A stretch of DNA of 34,559 nt. It comes from Eubacteriales bacterium (GTDB taxonomy: Bacteria; Bacillota; Clostridia; Oscillospirales; CAG-382). Positions 16,602 through 25,947 of the stretch are shown piece by piece. How positions within the stretch are numbered: the first letter of the stretch is position 1; the number at the start of each line of letters is the position of its first letter. The stretch spans positions 1 through 34,559 of the forward strand of contig JAZSLO010000005.1 of NCBI GenBank assembly GCA_045535415.1, written 5' to 3'. The position numbers and the translations under genes are program-made. The notes beneath the pieces were generated by a model, which was given only the letters and a program-made list of their open reading frames with translations, was not told where the DNA came from and made no database searches.

Positions 16602-17062
16602 AACTTTTCTGTATCAAGTATTATCGTAACAGGCCCGTCATTTACAAGCGACACCTTCATATCCGCACCAAAGATACCGCTATATGTTTCAAAACCGTGT
16701 TCTTCCCTTAAGATACGCATATATTCTTCATAAAGAGGTACTGCCGTATCAGGTCTTGCCGCCTTTATAAACGAAGGTCGGTTCTGTCCCTTACAGTCAG
16801 CGCAAAGTGTAAACTGAGACACCACAAGGAATTTACAATCATCGCCCTTTTCCTTTAAATTCAACGGCGAAAGATTCATTTTGCCATTCTCATCTTCAAA
16901 CACGCGAAGTTTTACTGTTTTTTCGGCAAGAAGCTTTGCTTCTTTTTCACTGTCACCATCAAATACGCCAAGCAAAACGAGAAAACCCGTATCTATCTTT
17001 GAAACTATTTTATTTTCAACTTCTACACTTGCATTTTTTACTCTTTGAATAAGTGCCGTCAT
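16598..17062 (-). CDS. dtd: D-aminoacyl-tRNA deacylase
   Basis: 154 aa with MTALIQRV...VSQFTL...NDGPVT motifs. ATGA overlap with the relA stop. Confidence 0.95.
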   Translation of the reverse strand: MTALIQRVKNASVEVENKIVSKIDTGFLVLLGVFDGDSEKEAKLLAEKTVKLRVFEDENGKMNLSPLNLKEKGDDCKFLVVSQFTLCADCKGQNRPSFIKAARPDTAVPLYEEYMRILREEHGFETYSGIFGADMKVSLVNDGPVTIILDTEKL

Positions 17063-19311
17063 GAAGAAAATCCTCTCGTTACATCAATCACATCTTTTAT
17101 CTTTTTAAGTCTTGAAATTATTGTATTTACATGGGAAGTATTACGGCATGTAATTGTAAGATTTATTATCATATCATCATTTGCCGTAACCTTGGAATTC
17201 ATTGCGTGCACCGGCACTCTCAAATCCGCAAAGACGCTTGTGATATCCGCAAAAATCTTGAAGGAATTTGCCGCATACACCTGAAGCAGTGCTTCAAATG
17301 CGCCCTTTGTATTATCTCCCGCTTCAAGCGACTCTTCTGCCCATCTTACATTTACCCATCTGTCCTTTTCATCATCCTTTGCAAGACCCTGCTTTGCATT
17401 GGGACAATCGTACTTATGGACAGAAACGCCAAATCCTCTTGTTACAAAGCCCACAATACTGTCACCCGGCAAGGGATTACAGCATTTTGCAAATCTTACC
17501 TGACAGTTATCAATACTGTCAACAATAACGCTTTGTCTTGCGCCAAGCTGTTTTTCTTTTTCTCTCTTTATTTCGGACTGTTTTGTCTTATCCGTTACAA
17601 TAGACTCAATAGGATTTTGCGGCTTTGGCTGTTCTCTTACAACCTTATCAAATTCTTCCTTGAGTTTTACAGAAAGTTTTGAAACTATAACTCCGCCGTA
17701 ACCGATGTTATTATAAAGGTCATCAACATCTGCAAAGCCTATTCTCTTTATAAGATTTGTGAGAATTTCCGTCTTCTGTGCATCGGTATATGAAACGCCA
17801 TATTTTCTGAGTTCGCGTTCAATTTCACTCTTACCCTCGGCAATATTTTCGTCCTTCTTCTCTTTTTTGAACCACTGTCTTATCTTATTTCTTGCCTCGG
17901 TTGTCTTTACTATCTTAAGCCAGTCTTTACTGGGACCCTTTGTCGATGCGGAAGTTATGATATCACAAATATCCGCCGTCTGCAAAACTGTATCTATCGG
18001 CACTATAACGCCGTTAACCTTTGCTCCAACCATCTTATTTCCGACTTCTGAGTGTATAGAATATGCAAAGTCTATTGCATTTGAGCCGTGTGGAAGGCTC
18101 TTTACATCGCCTTTGGGAGTAAACACAAAGATTTCATCTTCATAAAGGTCAATTTTTAAAGGTCTGAAAAATTCGTCCGCGTCATTTCCGCCCTTTTCGG
18201 TTTCAATAAGTGTTCGAATCCATTCAAGTTTTTCTGATATATTATCCTTATCAACCTCTCCCGACTTATACATCCAGTGCGCCGCGATACCATATTCTGC
18301 AACAGAATGCATATCCCAGGTTCTTATCTGTACTTCAAAGGGAATACCATTTTTACCGATAACTGTTGTATGAAGAGATCTATACATATTTGGCTTTGGT
18401 GTTGAAATATAGTCCTTAAATCTTCCGGGCATAAGGTTAAACATTTCGTGGATTATACCAAGAACTGTATAACATTCAAGTTCAGTATCAACAATTACTC
18501 TTATTGCATAAAAGTCAAATATCTCATCAAAACTCTTATTCTGATTATACATCTTTTTATAGATACTGTAATTTGACTTAACTCTTCCCTCAAGTTTATA
18601 CTTAATTCCAACTTCTTTGAGTTTATCTTCAACCTGCTTTTTCGCAACATCAAGAAAGTCTTTATTTTCACCAAATTTTCTCTGTATTTCCTTATCAACT
18701 TCTTCAAAACCTATCGGGTCGAGATAACGAAGAGCAAGATTTTCAAGTTCGGATTTGATTTTCTGAACACCGAGTCTATGAGCAAGAGGCGCATAAAGGT
18801 GCATTGTCTCAAGTGCAATCGACCTTTGGCTGGTTTCACTCTTTGCGTCAAGTGTTCTCATATTATGAAGTCTGTCTGCAAACTTTATAAAGATAACTCT
18901 TATATCGTGATTCATTGCAAGAAAGAGTTTTCTTGTGTTTTCAATGCTCGCCTCTTCCCTGTCTTCAAAAAAGACATTGGGAAGTTTTGTAAGACCGTCT
19001 ACAAGTTCTGTTACCTGCGTTCCGAAAAGCTCAGTTATCTTTTCCTCACACGTTTTTTCTTTACAGTCTTCAAGTGTATCGTGTAAAAGCGCCGCACACA
19101 CAGAATCAGTATCAAGTCTAAGACTTGCTACTATAAGTGCCACCGACAACGGATGGTTTATATAAGGCTCTCCTGATTTTCTGAACTGTCCTTCATGAAG
19201 TTCGGCAGCATACAGATATGCCCTTGTAATTTTATCCGTATCATATTTTATCTGGCTATTTTTAAGCTCCTGCATAAGCTGGAGATAAATATTATTATTT
19301 AACAATTTCAC
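17059..19311 (-). CDS. relA: Bifunctional (p)ppGpp synthetase/hydrolase (RelA/SpoT homologue)
   Basis: HD hydrolase (HPLSVA..., HDTLED), synthetase, TGS and ACT-like C-terminal regions are all present. ORF-track ATG 19347 has no SD and overlaps recJ. GTG 19311 or TTG 19305 follow GAAGGCGG. Start uncertain by about 12-24 codons. Confidence 0.9.
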   Translation of the reverse strand: MKLLNNNIYLQLMQELKNSQIKYDTDKITRAYLYAAELHEGQFRKSGEPYINHPLSVALIVASLRLDTDSVCAALLHDTLEDCKEKTCEEKITELFGTQVTELVDGLTKLPNVFFEDREEASIENTRKLFLAMNHDIRVIFIKFADRLHNMRTLDAKSETSQRSIALETMHLYAPLAHRLGVQKIKSELENLALRYLDPIGFEEVDKEIQRKFGENKDFLDVAKKQVEDKLKEVGIKYKLEGRVKSNYSIYKKMYNQNKSFDEIFDFYAIRVIVDTELECYTVLGIIHEMFNLMPGRFKDYISTPKPNMYRSLHTTVIGKNGIPFEVQIRTWDMHSVAEYGIAAHWMYKSGEVDKDNISEKLEWIRTLIETEKGGNDADEFFRPLKIDLYEDEIFVFTPKGDVKSLPHGSNAIDFAYSIHSEVGNKMVGAKVNGVIVPIDTVLQTADICDIITSASTKGPSKDWLKIVKTTEARNKIRQWFKKEKKDENIAEGKSEIERELRKYGVSYTDAQKTEILTNLIKRIGFADVDDLYNNIGYGGVIVSKLSVKLKEEFDKVVREQPKPQNPIESIVTDKTKQSEIKREKEKQLGARQSVIVDSIDNCQVRFAKCCNPLPGDSIVGFVTRGFGVSVHKYDCPNAKQGLAKDDEKDRWVNVRWAEESLEAGDNTKGAFEALLQVYAANSFKIFADITSVFADLRVPVHAMNSKVTANDDMIINLTITCRNTSHVNTIISRLKKIKDVIDVTRGFSS

Positions 19312-19318
19312 ACCGCCT

Positions 19319-21418
19319 TCAGACAGTTTGTTTATTTTTAATATCATTCAGGATTTTTGAATTATCAAGATTTACCTTTTCATTTGTCTTTACAAGTTTA
19401 ACCCTGACATATGCAGCATCAATTCTTTCGAGCTGCAAAAGTCCCATTTCCTCAAATACCAAAAGTTCAATATTGAGCATAAGCATACTTGTAAAACTCA
19501 AATAATCCTTTGTTATCTGCTTTGATGCCGCTAAAACATCAATATCGCACATATTTTCATAAGAACACACTCTTTTAAGGTACATAAAAGAAGATTTAAA
19601 ATCTTTAAGTGCAGGAATATGTTCAGCCGAACAGCCTTTATCAAAAAGTGTTGAAAAAGCATCCATCTGCTCTCTCATTTCTTCAAAGTCACGGCTGCAC
19701 ATTCTGACATCCTTTACAAGAAGCTGAACATTCTGGTATCCTCTGAATTCATTCAAATCAATATTGCACATAAAGTCTGCAGTATCACCCGCATTAAACT
19801 TAAATTCGTCTCTCGGCTTTCCAAACTGCAAAGCAGTAACTCTCTTTGAATTCTTTTCTACAACAAGTTTTGTATGTTTTCCGTCACCTATTCCGCAAAC
19901 TTCACAGATTTTAGCATCCCTTAAACAGAAAACGGGTGTTGGATTCATAAGACCGAATGGCTCAAGTTTGCGAAGTGAAATTGCGTTTTCAACGCTGACA
20001 TCACTCATATCAATTTCAAGGTCGGCATCAATGTAATTACAAACAGCATCACTGTCAAAATTACATTTAGCGTACTCATTTATCTTTTTTCTGAATAGGT
20101 CAATTTTATTACTTTCGATAGTTACGCCTGCTGCAAGTTCATGCCCGCCATATTTTACAAGCAAATCTTTACATTCGCACAAAGCCTCGTTTATATTAAA
20201 TCCCTTGACGCTTCTGCAAGAGCCTTTTCCGACATTCCCGTCATCCGAAATGAGAATTGACGCAAGTCCGTATTTTTCGGTTATCTTTGATGCTACAATT
20301 CCGATAACACCAATATGCCATTTATCAGACGACAAAACTATAACTTTATCATTTTCAAGGTCTGCCTGAGACAAAATAAGTTCTTCAGCCTCTTTTATAA
20401 TATTGTTTTCAATTATCTGTCTTTCTCTGTTGACGGCACAAAGATATGCCGCAATTTCCTGCGCTTCAAACCCGTCATTTGTAATAAGAAGTCTGAGCGC
20501 CTTATTTACATCACCTATTCTGCCTGCCGCATTGATTCTCGGTGCAAGCGTGAAACCTATTGACGATGCCGTTAAATTTCTGCCCGAACTTTGCTTTTTC
20601 TCGGCAAAGCTCTGATTTATAAGTTCGCAAAGCCCTACTGTTTTTGAATTTGCAAGTTGTTTTAGTCCAAGAGATACAATTACTCTGTTTTCGTCTACAA
20701 TAGGCATTACATCCGCAACTGTACCAAGAGCCACAATATCTGCATACTTTGTGCAAAGAGATGATATATTCTTATTTTCTTCAAGCGCACACACAAGTTT
20801 GAACACAACACCAACACCTGCAAGTTCGCAGAAAGGATATGTATTATCTGGTCTATGAGGGTTTACCACTGCAACCGCATCGGGAAGTTCATTTCTGCAC
20901 TCGTGGTGGTCGGTTATTACAACATCTATTCCTTTTTTCTTTGCGTATTCAATTTCCGAAAGTGCCGTAATTCCGCTGTCAACTGTTATAATAAGCGAAA
21001 TTCCGTCCTCGGAAAATTTCTCGATTGCACTCTCATTAAGTCCGTAGCCTTCGCTTACTCTTTCGGGAATATAAGTGAAAACCTGTGCTCCCTTTTCGCA
21101 AAGATATTTGAAAATCAGCGCTACCGATGTTATACCGTCAACATCATAGTCGCCGTAAATCATTATCTTTTCGTCATCATTTATGGCTTTTTTAATTCTG
21201 TCAACCGCCTTTTGCATATCACACAAATCAAAGGGGTTGTAGAGCCTTTTATGCGACACATCAAGATAAGCCGCTGCCTTTTCGGGTGTGTCAAATCCCT
21301 TTGACACAAGAATTTTTGCAATAAAATCAGAAAGGCAAAGTTTTTCTTTTATTAAATTTACCTTGTTTTCATCAACTTGCCTTACAGTCCATACTGCATT
21401 GCCGTTTACATTTCTCAT
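19319..21418 (-). CDS. recJ: Single-stranded-DNA-specific exonuclease RecJ
   Basis: DHH motifs (GDYDVDGITS, ITDHHE) and a DHHA1 domain. ATG 21418 gives an N-terminus matching RecJ length to the ...SKGF motif. The ORF-track TTG 21442 lies inside the upstream gene. Confidence 0.9.
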   Translation of the reverse strand: MRNVNGNAVWTVRQVDENKVNLIKEKLCLSDFIAKILVSKGFDTPEKAAAYLDVSHKRLYNPFDLCDMQKAVDRIKKAINDDEKIMIYGDYDVDGITSVALIFKYLCEKGAQVFTYIPERVSEGYGLNESAIEKFSEDGISLIITVDSGITALSEIEYAKKKGIDVVITDHHECRNELPDAVAVVNPHRPDNTYPFCELAGVGVVFKLVCALEENKNISSLCTKYADIVALGTVADVMPIVDENRVIVSLGLKQLANSKTVGLCELINQSFAEKKQSSGRNLTASSIGFTLAPRINAAGRIGDVNKALRLLITNDGFEAQEIAAYLCAVNRERQIIENNIIKEAEELILSQADLENDKVIVLSSDKWHIGVIGIVASKITEKYGLASILISDDGNVGKGSCRSVKGFNINEALCECKDLLVKYGGHELAAGVTIESNKIDLFRKKINEYAKCNFDSDAVCNYIDADLEIDMSDVSVENAISLRKLEPFGLMNPTPVFCLRDAKICEVCGIGDGKHTKLVVEKNSKRVTALQFGKPRDEFKFNAGDTADFMCNIDLNEFRGYQNVQLLVKDVRMCSRDFEEMREQMDAFSTLFDKGCSAEHIPALKDFKSSFMYLKRVCSYENMCDIDVLAASKQITKDYLSFTSMLMLNIELLVFEEMGLLQLERIDAAYVRVKLVKTNEKVNLDNSKILNDIKNKQTV

Positions 21419-21422
21419 TACT

Positions 21423-21863
21423 TTATATATCCTGTTTCTCAATTATTTTAACAATTTTAATATCTGCCTTATTCTTTGAATAAGCATTAAGCACTTTTGA
21501 CATAAAGGCAAAGCTCAAAACAAAAAATGCCAAAACACAAAGTACACTTTTCAAAGGTGTCAAAAGTGAATTTATGACAATTGCAAGCACTATTGTAAGC
21601 ACACTCGGAAGCATAAACAGCAGTGCCGAAATGCCAAGTGCTTTATTTGTTGAAATTTCAATTTCAACAACATCGCCCACTTTAGCGTCAAGCGTATTCT
21701 CAAGTTCAAAGTCAACCTCGCCCAATGATTCACTAAAGACAAGCGGTATAGAGCACGCGCCTTTATTCTGACACTTTTCACAAGACTCACACGCGCTTTT
21801 TCTGTGTGAGACAATTTTTGCTTTTGTATTTTCTACACTTACAACAGTACCTAAAGTTTTCAC
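21423..21863 (-). CDS. RseC/MucC-family (SoxR-reducing system) small membrane protein
   Basis: 146 aa with an N-terminal Cys cluster CESCEKCQNKGAC followed by two TM helices. GTG start with a GGAGG SD. Confidence 0.7.
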   Translation of the reverse strand: MKTLGTVVSVENTKAKIVSHRKSACESCEKCQNKGACSIPLVFSESLGEVDFELENTLDAKVGDVVEIEISTNKALGISALLFMLPSVLTIVLAIVINSLLTPLKSVLCVLAFFVLSFAFMSKVLNAYSKNKADIKIVKIIEKQDI

Positions 21864-21864
21864 T

Positions 21865-23484
21865 TTATTCCTCCGTTTTGTTTAAATAAGACAAAGCACA
21901 TTTAAGTCCGTCAACCGCCGCACTTGTAATGCCACCTGCATATCCTGCACCCTCGCCACAGGGATAAAGCCCCTTTTTGCCCTCAGCTTCAAAATTTTCA
22001 TCTCTCGGAATTTTCACAGGACTTGATGTTCTTGTTTCAGGGAATGTAAGAACTGCATCATCACAAGAAAATCCGCTTATATCTCTTTCAAAATCGCATA
22101 TTCCACGAGTTATATTTTCGCATATAAACTTTGGGAAAACTTCACTTGCCTTTGTAAGTTTTGTATTCCCCGTATATGTGGGCATAATTCTTGACGGCTC
22201 ACTTTTAAGAGTATCATTCTTAAAATCACAAAACAATTGTATGGGTGCTGTGTTATCACAGCCTGCCGACATAAATGCTCGTTTTTCAAGATTTTCCTGA
22301 AAATCTATTGCACCCTCAACAGTTCCGCCAAAATCGTTTAAATTTACAGATACCGCAATTGCGGAATTTGCATTTTTTCCGTCTCTTGCAAATTCGCTCA
22401 TTCCGTTTGTGACAATCTGCCCGTTTTCACTTGCCGATGCCACAACTTGTCCGCCGGGACACATACAAAATGAATAAACGGCTCTATCACCGTAAATTCT
22501 CGACAGAGTATACTGCCCTCTTTCAAGAGCCTTACTATCTTTAAACTTCCCGTAAAGGCTATTATCTATATCTTTTTGAAGATGCTCAATTCTGACACCT
22601 ACCGAAAAAGGCTTTGCCTCAACTTTAACATCTTTTGCACAAAGCATTTTTACTGTATCTCTTGCACTGTGACCTATACACAAAAAAACTGCATCAGTTT
22701 CAATTTTGCCGTTTTGAGTAGTTACACTCTTTACTTTTCCATCACCGTCAAATTCAATCTCAGAAACTTTTGTATTAAACAAAAATTCTCCGCCAAGCGC
22801 CTTTATTTGCTCTCGCAAATTTTTGACAACCTGTTTAAGATAGTCTGTTCCGATATGAGGTTTTGCAAGATATCTTATTTCTTGAGGCGCACCGCAATTT
22901 ACAAATGTATCAATTACAAAATAGCAGAGTTTATCGCTGATACGCGTTAAGAGTTTTCCATCAGAAAAAGTTCCTGCACCGCCCTCGCCGAACTGCACAT
23001 TTGACTCCTCGTTTAGTTTTCCCTTTTCCCAATATTCTCTGACGCTTTGTGCTCTGTCTTCAACGCTCTGCCCGCGCTCGATTATTATTGGATTTAGTCC
23101 TGCTCTTGAAAGTGCAAGAGCACAAAACATTCCCGACGGGCCAAAGCCCACTACGACAGGTCTTGATTTTATTTTTCTTTTACATTCAAATTGCGGTTCT
23201 TGTCTTTCAACAAGTTCTACACCTTTAAAAGAAATTTTTCCTGAAAAATTTTCTTTTAATTTTCCTGCAATTGAATATACAAAGTAAATCTCATTTTTAT
23301 TTCTCGCATCTACGCTCTTTTTATACACAAAAAGAGAATTTTCACATAAATGACTGAAAAGGCCGGCTTTTTTTAAAATTTTCCCCGCCTTTTCTATCGC
23401 CATATTATCGTGATACTGTGCACTCTCAAAAGTGCACAGTATTTTAATATTTCGGACAACTGCAAAACTTGATTTTTCAATCAT
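21865..23484 (-). CDS. FAD-dependent protein (COG2509-like NAD(FAD)-utilising dehydrogenase)
   Basis: Rossmann motif VVVGFGPSGMFCALAL, with a C-terminal GEGAGYAGGI motif. ATG 23484 overlaps the cdaR TGA by 1 nt and is preceded by AAGGTGA. Confidence 0.75.
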   Translation of the reverse strand: MIEKSSFAVVRNIKILCTFESAQYHDNMAIEKAGKILKKAGLFSHLCENSLFVYKKSVDARNKNEIYFVYSIAGKLKENFSGKISFKGVELVERQEPQFECKRKIKSRPVVVGFGPSGMFCALALSRAGLNPIIIERGQSVEDRAQSVREYWEKGKLNEESNVQFGEGGAGTFSDGKLLTRISDKLCYFVIDTFVNCGAPQEIRYLAKPHIGTDYLKQVVKNLREQIKALGGEFLFNTKVSEIEFDGDGKVKSVTTQNGKIETDAVFLCIGHSARDTVKMLCAKDVKVEAKPFSVGVRIEHLQKDIDNSLYGKFKDSKALERGQYTLSRIYGDRAVYSFCMCPGGQVVASASENGQIVTNGMSEFARDGKNANSAIAVSVNLNDFGGTVEGAIDFQENLEKRAFMSAGCDNTAPIQLFCDFKNDTLKSEPSRIMPTYTGNTKLTKASEVFPKFICENITRGICDFERDISGFSCDDAVLTFPETRTSSPVKIPRDENFEAEGKKGLYPCGEGAGYAGGITSAAVDGLKCALSYLNKTEE

Positions 23485-24473
23485 CAATTGTCACCTTTTT
23501 TTGTTTTTTCGACATTTCTGAATGAAACTGTAACAGACGTTACAAGATTTCCGTTTTCATCATAAGCATTTACTTCTTCAGGAAGCGAAAGTCTTACATT
23601 TGAAACGCCCGCATTAACTTCGTTAATCGGATGTGTGGAAACATCAGATATTGCATCTATTAGATTGGATTCGCCCTTAATTTTGAGACTTGAGGGATAA
23701 ACTGTATAATCATACTTTACATCTTTTTCAGTAACATTAAGTGTTACCTTTTTATTTGCAGTCTTCAAAACGGGAACAGTAATCTCAACAAACGAGGTTT
23801 CAATCTTTACATAAGGACTTGAAACTACATTTTTATTTTTATCAACAAGTTCTACCGAACTTCTTGATGTTATACTGCTCTTTACATTTCCAATGTCGAG
23901 TTTCACTCTTCCCTTTTCAACTGCATCAATTATATCCTTTGGTCCCTGAATATACACATTCTTCGGTGTTATGGAAATTTCGCCGAATTCGTATGTGTCG
24001 GGAAGAAGATATGTCATATCAAGCTCTATTGGAATTGATTTGCCGATAGTCTTATCAACTTTAACTGTAACAGAACTTACGCTCTTTTTAACAAGCGACA
24101 CATTTGACGGAGTTTCAATGCTGACATCAAGCGAATAATCTCCTGCATCCGTAACGCTCGACATATCAACGCTTGCTTTTATATCAGATATCAAAAGAGA
24201 ATTTATCTGCGACTTTGTTCCGCGAAGCACCACATCAACAGTACTCTCTCTGCCTGAAATTATATCAAGTCCCGTTTCGGAATTGAAGTTTTCAATGCTG
24301 ACAGGCACAGAATAAAAATTCTTTTCATGCTGGGTTGTCTGAACATCAATTACATAAAACCAAAGAAGAACCGCAGCAACAATTGAGAGAATTTTAGGAG
24401 TCATATCGGATTTATGCATTTTTTGATTCTTTTCGGTATTGTTTTTCAAAAATATAATCTTTTTCTTTGGCAT
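23484..24473 (-). CDS. cdaR: YbbR-domain protein, CdaA regulator
   Basis: N-terminal TM helix and then repeated YbbR-like beta domains, immediately downstream of cdaA. ATG 24473 is preceded by AAGGAG with an 8-nt spacer. Confidence 0.8.
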   Translation of the reverse strand: MPKKKIIFLKNNTEKNQKMHKSDMTPKILSIVAAVLLWFYVIDVQTTQHEKNFYSVPVSIENFNSETGLDIISGRESTVDVVLRGTKSQINSLLISDIKASVDMSSVTDAGDYSLDVSIETPSNVSLVKKSVSSVTVKVDKTIGKSIPIELDMTYLLPDTYEFGEISITPKNVYIQGPKDIIDAVEKGRVKLDIGNVKSSITSRSSVELVDKNKNVVSSPYVKIETSFVEITVPVLKTANKKVTLNVTEKDVKYDYTVYPSSLKIKGESNLIDAISDVSTHPINEVNAGVSNVRLSLPEEVNAYDENGNLVTSVTVSFRNVEKTKKGDN

Positions 24474-24491
24474 ACCCAATACTCCTTTCTC

Positions 24492-25319
24492 TTATTTCTT
24501 GTTTCTTTTAGACTTTGGTGATTCTTCTTTAATGAGAAGCTGAACAAGAGTGTTTTTAAGCGATGTCTGGTTATATCCTCTTGTGAGAACACCATCAACT
24601 GCAATTGACACAGTTCCCGTTTCCTCGGAAACAACAACCACTACGCTATCAGAGTTTTCACTCATACCAATTGCCGCTCTATGTCTTGTTCCAAGTTCTT
24701 TCACAATATTTTCATCAAACGAAAGCGGCAAAAAACATCCTGCAGAATATATTCTGTCATCTCTCATAATTACTGCTCCATCATGAAGCGGCGCTTTATT
24801 AAAGAAAATGTTTTTTATAAGAAAAGCAGTTGTGTCTGCATTTAAAACAGTTCCCGTCTTTATAATATCACCAAGCTTTGTTGATCTTTCAAAAACTATC
24901 AGCGCACCCGTCTTCTCTTCTGAAAACGACATACAAGCTTCAACAACGCTCTCTATACACTTGATTGTGCTCTTTGATGTTCCCTTTTTATTGAGCGAGG
25001 AAATAAAAGATGATCCGCCCATTTTTTCAAGGAAAGTTCTCAGTTCCGACTGGAATACAATAACAAGACCGATAATTCCCACCTGAACTACATTCTGCAA
25101 GAGGAAATTCAGTGCATACATATTGAGCATTTCGCTAAGGAAAAGGAGTGCCACAATAACCAAAATTCCTGTTGCAAGTTTTCCCGCGCGTCTGTCACGG
25201 ACAAACTTGAACACATAGTAAAAAATTACCGAAACTATTGCTATATCAAGAATGTCAAACACAGTTATTGCCATTATCTGACTGGATATGTAATCCCAAA
25301 CATTTTTCAGAACTGTCAC
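24492..25319 (-). CDS. cdaA: Diadenylate cyclase CdaA
   Basis: 275 aa with three N-terminal TM helices and a DAC domain carrying DGAVI and TRHRAAIGMSE motifs. GTG start with a GGAGAG SD. Confidence 0.92.
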   Translation of the reverse strand: MTVLKNVWDYISSQIMAITVFDILDIAIVSVIFYYVFKFVRDRRAGKLATGILVIVALLFLSEMLNMYALNFLLQNVVQVGIIGLVIVFQSELRTFLEKMGGSSFISSLNKKGTSKSTIKCIESVVEACMSFSEEKTGALIVFERSTKLGDIIKTGTVLNADTTAFLIKNIFFNKAPLHDGAVIMRDDRIYSAGCFLPLSFDENIVKELGTRHRAAIGMSENSDSVVVVVSEETGTVSIAVDGVLTRGYNQTSLKNTLVQLLIKEESPKSKRNKK

Positions 25320-25359
25320 CCAAACTCTCTCCTTTTTTTAATTAAAATTATACATATAA

Positions 25360-25388
25360 ATTATAACACAAAACATTTATTTTTGGAA
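25360..25388 (-). promoter_or_regulatory. Putative sigma-A promoter of the cdaA gene array
   Basis: Minus strand: -35 TTCCAA (25383-25388), 17-nt spacer, TGT-TATAAT (25360-25365). Confidence 0.5.
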
Positions 25389-25549
25389 TAGTTTTTTTAA
25401 TAAAATTTATTATTTACACTTTATTATAATTTAAATTGCTCATTTGTGTTTTTTAGCACATTTTTCCAAGCATACCCTAACTTTGTTTGCAGAAAATATT
25501 TACGAAAGCATACAGCTTTCACAATATTCTTAAAAGGACGGATTTTAAA

Positions 25550-25873
25550 ATGACAACAATTTCTTGTGAAGTTAAAAACTGTTACTATAACAAGGACGGC
25601 GGCTGCAAGCTCGAAGGCATAAAGGTGGGCACAAGCTCTGCCGAAGTAGTAGAAGAAACAATGTGCCAGAGCTATATTGACAAAGACAAAGGCGGTGCTA
25701 CATCTTCCAGCGCTTGCCACGAATGTGCCTGCGACTACGCTCATGTCAACTGCTCCGCTAAAGCTTGTGTTTACAACGAAAACGGTGTTTGTGATGCTGA
25801 CAGCATCGACATTGGATGCCATACTTCAAAGTCAAGCGATGAAACAGAGTGCCAGACCTTTGAAGAAAAATAA
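25550..25873 (+). CDS. Tandem DUF1540-like cysteine-rich protein
   Basis: 107 aa from ATG 25550 (AAGGACGG upstream). It has 12 Cys. Two repeats share identical spacing C-x4-C-x7-C-x19-C (C6/11/19/39 and C68/73/81/101). The linker carries CHECAC plus His. Confidence 0.75.
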   Translation: MTTISCEVKNCYYNKDGGCKLEGIKVGTSSAEVVEETMCQSYIDKDKGGATSSSACHECACDYAHVNCSAKACVYNENGVCDADSIDIGCHTSKSSDETECQTFEEK

Positions 25874-25907
25874 AATGCTTTGATTTACAGATAAAAATCA
25901 ATCGCAC

Positions 25908-25936
25908 TTGCAAAAGCTTTAAATTTGTGATATTAT
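25908..25936 (+). promoter_or_regulatory. Sigma-A promoter abutting the DUF4364-like gene (predicts a near-leaderless mRNA)
   Basis: -35 TTGCAA (25908-25913), 17-nt spacer, TGA-TATTAT extended -10 (25931-25936). The first in-frame starts are at 25942 (TTG), 25945 (GTG), 25948 (ATG) and 25954 (ATG). Confidence 0.55.
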
Positions 25937-25947
25937 AAGCATTGGTG

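Noticed and set aside
17131-17682. 183-aa plus-strand ORF inside relA. Similar long antisense ORFs occur at 30888-31409, 32535-33218, 32854-33396, 4878-5381 and 20855-21304.
   Set aside because: All lie fully inside well-supported minus-strand genes. They lack SDs and encode low-complexity S/L/F/I-rich sequence typical of antisense frames.
19312-19347. ATG 19347 as the relA start, overlapping recJ by 29 nt
   Set aside because: No SD precedes it. GAAGGCGG sits directly before GTG 19311 and TTG 19305, and either gives a normal-length N-terminus before the HD domain. The choice remains uncertain.
25424-25822. 132-aa minus-strand ORF covering the DUF1540 locus
   Set aside because: It is antisense to a plus-strand ORF with a clear repeated Cys-motif architecture and SD. 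It has no SD or recognisable motif, and its composition looks like a mirror-frame shadow.
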